A stretch of 64,000 nt of DNA from a virus. Taxonomy: Duplodnaviria; Caudoviricetes. Positions 57,486 to 64,000 of this stretch are shown here, one piece after another. Location of the stretch: the IMG/VR virus record IMGVR_UViG_3300025073_000989. One strand, given 5' to 3'. Made by a program: the position numbers and the translations under genes. Under the pieces are notes generated by a model. That model was not told the origin of the DNA. It worked only from the letters and a program-made list of their open reading frames with translations, and made no database searches. Every line of letters starts with the position of its first letter. Within the stretch, counting starts at the first letter, position 1.

Positions 57486-57670
57486 AAGAAAAGAAAAAAT
57501 CAGGAACATATGAAACATGTTCTTTTTGTAAAGGTACCGGTAAAGTAAGAAAGATAAAAACAATAAGAAAAAAATGTGCGGATTGTCAAGACCATAATCA
57601 CGGATGTTTTGGTTCAGGCCGAAAAGATGGTTTAGGAAACCCAGAGTGTTGTATATGTGAGGAATGCTAA
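57482..57670 (+). CDS. small Cys-rich protein (DnaJ-type CxxCxGxG)
   Basis: CSFCKGTG plus further CxxC pairs. Confidence 0.55.
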   Translation: MKEKKKSGTYETCSFCKGTGKVRKIKTIRKKCADCQDHNHGCFGSGRKDGLGNPECCICEEC

Positions 57671-57942
57671 AAATGTTAACAATAAATTTTATGGATAAAA
57701 GTGGAAAAGTTCTTCCTGATAGTGAAGTAGAGGATTTTGTAAATCAAACCATTAAGATGTATTTCAAAATTAAAAAATCCATCCCGGACTACGAAGTGCA
57801 TATCTCAAACTTCCTTATTGCTCAATCTTTTCAAGTAGCCGTCAAAGAGGGTAAAATTCCAGCAGAAGAAGTATGCTTTAAAAATGGTAATTTTATAGCT
57901 TACGTTACGCCTGGTGGTTACCTTGATAATTATTCAAGGTAA
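57664..57942 (+). CDS. hypothetical protein
   Basis: ORF track. Confidence 0.5.
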   Translation: MLKMLTINFMDKSGKVLPDSEVEDFVNQTIKMYFKIKKSIPDYEVHISNFLIAQSFQVAVKEGKIPAEEVCFKNGNFIAYVTPGGYLDNYSR

Positions 57943-58033
57943 AATAATGAAGATGGCGGAAAGGTATATGATAATTTTTTAGATAGGCTTTTAAACTGAT
58001 GAAGTAATAATTAACTAACCTCTGTAAGAGATA

Positions 58034-58054
58034 GATAAAAGATAGACTTTTATC
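58034..58054 (+). promoter_or_regulatory. hairpin with G-ATAGA-C loop upstream of nadM-nudix
   Basis: gataaaag-ATAGA-cttttatc. Confidence 0.6.
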
Positions 58055-58080
58055 GCAACCATAACATAGGAGGATTTCTT

Positions 58081-59133
58081 ATGTCAAGAAAATTTAGTCA
58101 TGTAGTATTCATTGGTAGATTTCAGCCAGTCCATGTTGGTCACACTCGTATTATTAGGCAAGCTTTAGAGATTGCGGATAGTATAATTATTATTTGCGGT
58201 TCTGCTTATCAGCCACGAACAATCAAAAACCCATTCACTGTCCAAGAAAGATGGAACATGGTTCTTGATGATTTAGTTGATATAGATCGTGCAAGAATTA
58301 TCTTAACGTTTTCATATGATTATATGTATAACGATCAGCGATGGGCAGAAGAAATACAACAAAGAGTTAAAGCTTTTGTATATGACCCTAAAGCTAAAAT
58401 TGGAATCATAGGATTTAAAAAAGACCAAAGCTCATACTATTTGGACATGTTTCCTCAATGGGAACTAATACACAGTATTAAAACAGAAATTACAGTAGAA
58501 ACACAAAATAAAAAACTAATAAATGCTACAGACATCAGAGCGTGTCTGTTTGAAAGTAAGAATCTTACTTCTGTAGCTAATATGTTAACTAACACTACAC
58601 TAAATTGTTTAGTAAGATTTAAAGAAACAGAAGAATTTAAATTACTTCAAAGAGAATATGATTATGTTCAAAAATATAAACAAGCTTGGACAAAAGCTCC
58701 TTATGCTCCTACTTTTGTAACAGTTGACGCAGTAGTAGTTCAGTCGGGTCACGTATTAATGGTTAGGAGAAAAGCTATGCCAGGTAAAGGCAACTTGGCG
58801 CTACCTGGTGGGTTTATAAACCAAAAAGAAACTACCATAGAGGCTATGTTAAGGGAATTAAGAGAAGAAACAAAACTTAAGGTTCCGGTACCTGTTTTAC
58901 GGGGCTCGATAAAAGCAAATAAATTATTTGATCATCCTGATAGAAGTTTAAGGGGTAGAACACTAACAGATGCTTATTTAATAGAATTAGCAAATGGGGA
59001 ACTGCATCCAGTAAAAGGAGGAGATGACGCAGCTAAAGCATTATGGATACCTATAGCAGATTTGAAAGGGCTACGTAATCAGATTTTTGAAGATCATGCT
59101 GACATCATTTTTTATTTCTTGGGTAGAGTGTAG
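58081..59133 (+). CDS. nadM: bifunctional NMN adenylyltransferase / Nudix ADP-ribose pyrophosphatase (NatV/NadM-Nudix)
   Basis: GRFQPVHVGH (HxGH), KNPF, SYYL, NATDIR; Nudix box LPGGF...E...EAMLRELREET; GGDDA. Confidence 0.96.
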   Translation: MSRKFSHVVFIGRFQPVHVGHTRIIRQALEIADSIIIICGSAYQPRTIKNPFTVQERWNMVLDDLVDIDRARIILTFSYDYMYNDQRWAEEIQQRVKAFVYDPKAKIGIIGFKKDQSSYYLDMFPQWELIHSIKTEITVETQNKKLINATDIRACLFESKNLTSVANMLTNTTLNCLVRFKETEEFKLLQREYDYVQKYKQAWTKAPYAPTFVTVDAVVVQSGHVLMVRRKAMPGKGNLALPGGFINQKETTIEAMLRELREETKLKVPVPVLRGSIKANKLFDHPDRSLRGRTLTDAYLIELANGELHPVKGGDDAAKALWIPIADLKGLRNQIFEDHADIIFYFLGRV

Positions 59134-59139
59134 ACTAAC

Positions 59140-59160
59140 GCTTACCGATAGACGGTGAGT
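59140..59160 (+). promoter_or_regulatory. hairpin with G-ATAGA-C loop upstream of nadV
   Basis: gcttaccg-ATAGA-cggtgagt. Confidence 0.6.
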
Positions 59161-59192
59161 AATTATTAACATCATTATGGAGGATTTCCACT

Positions 59193-60572
59193 ATGAGCAA
59201 AAACATTATTTTAAACACGGACAGTTATAAAGCCTCTCACTGGTTACAGGATCCAGACGGAACAGAAAATAAGTTTTCTTATATCGAAAGTAGGGGCGGT
59301 AGATATAAAAAAACTCTCTTTTTTGGCCTTCAGTACTTCATAAAAGAGTATTTGGTTAAACCGGTCACCAGGCAGATGATTGATGAAGCAGAAGTATTTT
59401 GGAAAATTCATGGTGAGCCTTTTAATAGAGAAGGTTGGCAGTATATACTCGAAAAACATAAGGGGTTTTTGCCAATCAAGATTAAGGCAGTAAAAGAAGG
59501 CTCTCTAGTACCAACTAGTAATATTTTGGTGTCAGTAGAAGCAACTGATAAAAAATGCGCATGGTTGGTTTCTTATGTAGAAACGTCACTGCTTCGAGCA
59601 ATATGGTATCCTACTACAGTAGCCACAAATTCCTATGAGTGTAAACAAGTAATCAAAGGGTATCTTGATGAGACGGCTGATGACACTGCTGGGCAAATTA
59701 TGTTTAAGCTCCACGATTTTGGATCCCGCGGTGTCAGTTCTTTTGAAAGTGCTGGTATAGGAGGTATGGCTCATCTAGTAAACTTTATGGGCTCCGATAC
59801 TGTTACTGGTGTTTTATTTGCCAACAAATACTATAATGTTCAAATGGCAGGTTTCAGTATCCCAGCAGCAGAACATAGCACTATAACTGTCTATGGTAAA
59901 GAGGGAGAAGTAGAGGCATACAGAAAAATGCTTAAGCTTTTTGCTAAACCAGGAACTTTAGTAGCTGTTGTTTCTGATAGCTATAATATCTACAACGCAG
60001 CCGAAAAGCTCTGGGGTGAGCAACTAAAACAAGAGGTAATCGCTTCTGGGGCTACTGTCATTATTCGGCCCGACAGTGGTAACCCTATTAATGTAGTAAG
60101 AGACGTAGTAAAAATACTTTCTGAAAAGTTTGGATATACTATTAACAATAAAGGGTATAAAATACTTAAAAATGTGAGGGTGATTCAAGGTGACGGTATA
60201 AACAAAAAGACTATTTGGGGTATTCTCGAAACATTAAAAGTACATGGCTTTTCTGCTGAAAATGTAGCTTTTGGTATGGGTGGCGCGTTGTTACAGCAAA
60301 TAGATAGAGACACCCAAAAATTTGCCATGAAATGTAGTGCTATTTTAGTAAACGGTGCTTGGATCGATGTGTTTAAACAACCGATAACTGACCCTGGCAA
60401 AAACAGCAAGAAAGGTAGACTAATGCTTTACCACGAGGATGATGGAGGTTTTACTACCGATTTAGAGAGCAATGCACATGGTAGAAAGGAAGCACTTGTT
60501 ACCGTTTTTGAAAATGGTATTCTTACGAAAGAATATACCTTTGAAGAAGTAAGACGAGTAGCAAGTAAGTAA
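59193..60572 (+). CDS. nadV: nicotinamide phosphoribosyltransferase (NAMPT)
   Basis: TDSYKASH, FFGLQYF, WYPTTVAT, LHDFGSRG, IPAAEHS, VSDSY, IRPDSG, QGDG, FGMGG. Confidence 0.97.
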   Translation: MSKNIILNTDSYKASHWLQDPDGTENKFSYIESRGGRYKKTLFFGLQYFIKEYLVKPVTRQMIDEAEVFWKIHGEPFNREGWQYILEKHKGFLPIKIKAVKEGSLVPTSNILVSVEATDKKCAWLVSYVETSLLRAIWYPTTVATNSYECKQVIKGYLDETADDTAGQIMFKLHDFGSRGVSSFESAGIGGMAHLVNFMGSDTVTGVLFANKYYNVQMAGFSIPAAEHSTITVYGKEGEVEAYRKMLKLFAKPGTLVAVVSDSYNIYNAAEKLWGEQLKQEVIASGATVIIRPDSGNPINVVRDVVKILSEKFGYTINNKGYKILKNVRVIQGDGINKKTIWGILETLKVHGFSAENVAFGMGGALLQQIDRDTQKFAMKCSAILVNGAWIDVFKQPITDPGKNSKKGRLMLYHEDDGGFTTDLESNAHGRKEALVTVFENGILTKEYTFEEVRRVASK

Positions 60573-60577
60573 AAACT

Positions 60578-60605
60578 AAATGAGGAGTAGGCAGACTCCT
60601 CATTT
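60578..60605 (+). terminator. probable intrinsic terminator after nadV
   Basis: aaatgaggagt-aggcag-actcctcattt. Confidence 0.7.
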
Positions 60606-60872
60606 TGGAGAAAAAATGATATGTCAAAAATAACGGTAGCTTATCCGATAGAAGTTCCTCAAGGCCCATATTGTTGGAGTTATAAACCACCTTTTGTTAT
60701 GAGGTAAAATTATGAAAAAATTAACTAAAATAACATTAGTACTAGAAGAAGGTATTATACAAAATATTACATGCATTCCTGGATAGATTTATGTGGTCGA
60801 GGTGACTTTTGTTGTTGTGTCTGTAATTTTAAATGTGGCGCAGATTAAAATTTTAGAGATAAAAAAAACAGT

Positions 60873-61583
60873 ATGAAGATAATAAGTAAGTTTAAAGATT
60901 ATTATGATTCTATAGCTTTTTCCCAAACACCAGTATGGGAAAGAAAAACAACAGAAATACTGTTGGATGAAACAAAAAAACTTACTATTAACAAAGAACA
61001 AACTATATGGCTTCAAAAAACTCTGCAAGAACTACCAAAACCTAGAATAAGTAGTACTAATAATTTATATAAACCTAATTTTTTTATGTATAAAATAGTA
61101 GGGTTTTGTGGTGTATTAATTCCCATTTTCCTTATCTTCAAAGAAAACTGTATTAGACCCACAGCTTATATAGATATTGATGAATTTAAAAAAATGCACA
61201 GCCATTTAGACAATAGAGTATCTTGTTTGTTTGGTAAAAAATTTGAAAAAGAAACAGTAGACGCCTGGAAAATCGAATTTAATGCTACAGCAAAATTAAA
61301 CGATATCTTCCTAAAACTACAAACACCCATCTTTATACTTGAACATACTAATATTCGGCACATTATACTTACAACTAACCCAAAACTAGCTAATATTAAT
61401 TTTCAAAGAATTATTAATCCTTATCAAACATATCAACAAATAGAAATGTATCTTTTAAATGAACTTGCCACGGGCTATCAAAAAACACCAGAGTTCTCAG
61501 ATGAAATAAAAAGAGATATGCATGGTTTTAATGAATGGTCATTTAAAAAAAGAGGAATAATCAGTACAGGAGGAATAAAGTGA
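60873..61583 (+). CDS. hypothetical phage protein
   Basis: MKIISKFKDYYD...NP.L....F.....PYQTYQQIEMYL...DMHGF pattern. Confidence 0.65.
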   Translation: MKIISKFKDYYDSIAFSQTPVWERKTTEILLDETKKLTINKEQTIWLQKTLQELPKPRISSTNNLYKPNFFMYKIVGFCGVLIPIFLIFKENCIRPTAYIDIDEFKKMHSHLDNRVSCLFGKKFEKETVDAWKIEFNATAKLNDIFLKLQTPIFILEHTNIRHIILTTNPKLANINFQRIINPYQTYQQIEMYLLNELATGYQKTPEFSDEIKRDMHGFNEWSFKKRGIISTGGIK

Positions 61584-62119
61584 AAGAAAAAGTAGATGAC
61601 TGTTTAACGTGGGCATCCTGTAAAGAACATGACCTGGTTTACCTAAAATCTAAACTTCTTCCAGTCAATATAAGACTATTAACAAAATCTTCAGACTACT
61701 CAGCTTTAATACGTAGTGCTTGTGAACTAATTATAAAAAGACTAAAAACAGATTACTGTGATTACAAAAAACCACACGGAATGTCAGGAGCTAACTGTGC
61801 AGTGCCTTTTAATATAATTGCCTTTTTCTTAAACAGGTCGAAAGACAATAAAAAAATTATATTAATGATAAATCCGAAAATATTACAATATCTAAAAGAA
61901 ACTGAAATAACTGACTCTAACTGCGGTTCTATAAGACTTAAAAATACTATAAAAGTACGACGCTATAAAGAAGTTAAAGTTTGTTGGTATGATTTAAATG
62001 GTAAAAAATATATCCAAATATTTAACAGAAGTAATGGAAGCTTCACAATACAACACGAGGTAGATCATAATAATGGCGTACTTATTACTGATAGAAACTT
62101 AGAACTAACATCTCGCTAA
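61580..62119 (+). CDS. def: peptide deformylase
   Basis: GMSGANCA (divergent GxGLAA), MINP, NCGSI (divergent EGCLS), QHEVDH. Confidence 0.85.
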   Translation: MKEKVDDCLTWASCKEHDLVYLKSKLLPVNIRLLTKSSDYSALIRSACELIIKRLKTDYCDYKKPHGMSGANCAVPFNIIAFFLNRSKDNKKIILMINPKILQYLKETEITDSNCGSIRLKNTIKVRRYKEVKVCWYDLNGKKYIQIFNRSNGSFTIQHEVDHNNGVLITDRNLELTSR

Positions 62120-62146
62120 CTTTTATATTAATGAAAGGAGTAGTAT

Positions 62147-62554
62147 ATGCCTGGAGTACTGATAATAATTGTTTTATCTTTTTTAGCGCTCTTTATTTAT
62201 TCAAAAAAGTTTAGAAAAATGGATTTTTTAGAAATGCTACTACTTGTAACTATTAGTCAACTAGTTCTACTTGGACTATCTGGTATCATAGGTGGTCATT
62301 GTGAAAAAATTGACTCACTTTCACAAGAAATACCAATTGTATCGTTAAGGGACGAAAAAGGACTTTATGGAAACTTTTTTCTTGGTAGTGGAGAAATAGC
62401 CGACCAGCAGTATCTAATTACTTATGCCAAATACGATAAAGGCCTAGTTCCTGTAAAATTCAATTTACACACAGAAAAAGTATTTATAAAAGAAGGAGTA
62501 TCAAATCCGAATTTTCAAACTTTTTTTGTCAAAAGTTTGAAAATTCGGATTTAA
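62147..62554 (+). CDS. membrane protein, possibly C-terminally truncated
   Basis: Two TM segments; GNFFLGSG; ends within the inverted repeat. Confidence 0.6.
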   Translation: MPGVLIIIVLSFLALFIYSKKFRKMDFLEMLLLVTISQLVLLGLSGIIGGHCEKIDSLSQEIPIVSLRDEKGLYGNFFLGSGEIADQQYLITYAKYDKGLVPVKFNLHTEKVFIKEGVSNPNFQTFFVKSLKIRI

Positions 62555-62761
62555 AAAATTCTTGTACGGTAACGGATATACAGTATATAGCGAAGGTAGA
62601 TACCATATACTAAACGTTCCACATGAAACCTTATTGAAACAGTTTAGAATAGAGTAGTGAAAAAAAATTCTATTAATTACTAGTCTCTTTCTTTTCTTTA
62701 AAGTGGTCACATTTTTCTTTTCCTTGATTAAAGTATACTGCGCTTTGTTCAAAGATATCAC
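62501..62761 (-). CDS. hypothetical protein (uncertain)
   Basis: ORF track; ends within the inverted repeat. Confidence 0.3.
   Translation of the reverse strand: MISLNKAQYTLIKEKKNVTTLKKRKRLVINRIFFHYSILNCFNKVSCGTFSIWYLPSLYTVYPLPYKNFLNPNFQTFDKKSLKIRI
62503..62552. repeat. perfect 22-bp inverted repeat with 6-nt spacer at the strand-switch point
   Basis: aaatccgaattttcaaactttt-tttgtc-aaaagtttgaaaattcggattt. Confidence 0.95.
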
Positions 62762-62823
62762 AATGTGGATGGCCTATCCATCTATAATGTGCACAGTTTC
62801 TACATACTGTATATAGAAAAGTA

Positions 62824-63159
62824 CTAGACACCTTGATGCACTATAATTTCAATTTTTAAAAACTTTATACGGTCATTGGGTACTACCCGCCACAGTTTTT
62901 TTCGTTTACTACATTCCCCTTCCTTGTAAAGCACATCGTTAACGTAGGAAAATGTAGTTTCAAGTAATCCTACTTTATTGATTACTGCTTCTTTATCATC
63001 TATTACTACCAAATCCCCTTCCTCAAATTTAGAATTGATCCGGAACCATATACTACTAACTAAACTTTGGATGGTTTCCTTAAAAACTAAGATTCCTAGT
63101 GTACTGATTCCTGCAAAAATTATGGCAATTCCTTCTTTAGTAAACCATTGTTCTAGCAT
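62824..63159 (-). CDS. MscS beta-domain-like small membrane protein
   Basis: N-terminal TM; FEEGDLVVIDDKEAVINKVGLLETT...VPN. Confidence 0.65.
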   Translation of the reverse strand: MLEQWFTKEGIAIIFAGISTLGILVFKETIQSLVSSIWFRINSKFEEGDLVVIDDKEAVINKVGLLETTFSYVNDVLYKEGECSKRKKLWRVVPNDRIKFLKIEIIVHQGV

Positions 63160-63279
63160 TGAGTTTTAGTCCTTTCTTTAATTTTTAGTTCTTTAGTCTT
63201 AGTCCTTTAGTTTTTTTTAAAAGAGTCGTTTTCTTTTCTAATGAACCGAAGTTAAAAGGGTGTCTAGGAAATTTACAAT

Positions 63280-63480
63280 CTATCCGTGACAAAAAAATAA
63301 ACTGCCTGGAACTACAACTGGTCCAGATCCTCCTGTTCCATATGGAACAAAAGGTTCTCCAATAAACGAGTAGCTTAATAAGCCTGGATTTAATGAAGAC
63401 TTTGCAGTAACTTGCACAGAAGGCTCACCAATAAAGCTGAACTTCATAGTATAAATATCACTATTGGTTGGTAATGGCAT
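63280..63480 (-). CDS. small protein with internal (F/Y)SFIGEP repeat, probably virion-associated
   Basis: FSFIGEP and YSFIGEP; located in the minus-strand block. Confidence 0.5.
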   Translation of the reverse strand: MPLPTNSDIYTMKFSFIGEPSVQVTAKSSLNPGLLSYSFIGEPFVPYGTGGSGPVVVPGSLFFCHG

Positions 63481-63685
63481 CTTCTAATTCCTGATTTTTT
63501 GAAACCAAGTCTCCTTGAAGTACTTCTATTTGTCTAACAAGAATATAAGCTTCTACTGCTAAAGTCATTATCTCAGTAGAGGGGTCATTACTAAAAGAGA
63601 AGGATTGGTTTGAATAACTGTCTATCTGTGTCTGAACAATCCATTTACCTGACACATCTTGCTCCTTTGATATTATTGTAAACAT
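63461..63685 (-). CDS. small hypothetical protein (coiled-coil C-terminus)
   Basis: ORF track; RBS GGAG. Confidence 0.55.
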   Translation of the reverse strand: MFTIISKEQDVSGKWIVQTQIDSYSNQSFSFSNDPSTEIMTLAVEAYILVRQIEVLQGDLVSKNQELEDAITNQ

Positions 63686-63696
63686 GCCTTACTCTC

Positions 63697-64000
63697 CTAT
63701 TCTTGCGAGATGGAAATATCATCTATCCATGTATTATTAGTAGTAGCTCCCCCATAAACTTCAACAAATATTTCAACAACCCCTTCTTCAGTAGGGGTAA
63801 ATTGCAGGGTTATCTGTTGCCACGTATCTGCGTCAACGCTGATCGTACTGCGAACATCTGATGATACGCCAGCAATTTGTCCTTTTTGACATAAAAGTGA
63901 TGAGGTGACGTTTATGCTATCTCTTCGTAAATAAGCCGAAACAGTCACCTGAGCATTGGCAGCACATGCAATTTTTGCTATAGAAAATAGAAATGGACAA
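63697..64000 (-). CDS. C-terminal end of a probable virion protein with a carbohydrate-binding-like beta-sandwich (partial; continues past the window)
   Basis: Frame open to the window edge; TVSAYLRRD...TWQQITLQFTPTEEGVVEI...WIDDISI. Confidence 0.6.
   Translation of the reverse strand, partial: CPFLFSIAKIACAANAQVTVSAYLRRDSINVTSSLLCQKGQIAGVSSDVRSTISVDADTWQQITLQFTPTEEGVVEIFVEVYGGATTNNTWIDDISISQE

Noticed and set aside
60616-60850. Short ORF fragments with RBSs after the nadV terminator
   Set aside because: They are under 35 aa and interrupted by stops; probably decayed genes with no assignable function
3731-62000. Many minus-strand ORFs of 60-150 aa in the track overlapping + strand genes
   Set aside because: They lie inside well-supported + strand CDSs, show antisense-type composition and lack RBSs; only the 51348-52014 trio and the genes after 62.5 kb are accepted on the minus strand
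63164-63220. Short (C/T)TTTAGT repeats upstream of the MscS-like gene
   Set aside because: Low-complexity AT-rich sequence with irregular spacing; no support for iterons or operators

Overview
This is an AT-rich segment of a large (probably jumbo) dsDNA bacteriophage genome. Genes are densely packed on the + strand up to about 62.5 kb, then switch to the - strand at a perfect 22-bp inverted repeat, and a virion-type gene is cut by the window end. The standard genetic code fits. Main contents: (1) counter-defence and RNA-repair functions, including an Apyc1-like cyclic-nucleotide phosphodiesterase, Ro60/Rsr preceded by three tandem Y RNA-like ncRNAs, RtcB, two intact RNA ligases plus an apparently inactive Rnl1-like one, a CCA/poly(A)-type nucleotidyltransferase, seven tRNAs plus two tRNA-like elements, and a NatV/NadM-Nudix + NadV NAD+ salvage pair (NARP2-type); (2) a single-chain two-barrel RNA polymerase (beta and beta' catalytic barrels in one 1102-aa protein), with a sigma70-like factor, SSB, an SF2 helicase and RuvB; (3) an unusually expanded phiEco32-type peptide-ligase system (3 COOH-NH2 ligases, an amidoligase, 2 class II and 2 class I glutamine amidotransferases, 2 ATP-grasp ligases, a gamma-glutamylcyclotransferase and a GNAT); (4) a GC-richer array of four integron-type gene cassettes bounded by five attC-like sites, one cassette carrying rtcB, with no integrase in the window; (5) a host-like sigma54-driven operon of three small membrane proteins with upstream enhancer palindromes, tentatively pointing to a Desulfobacterota (Desulfobulbales-like) host. 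All calls come from motifs read by eye; no searches were run.
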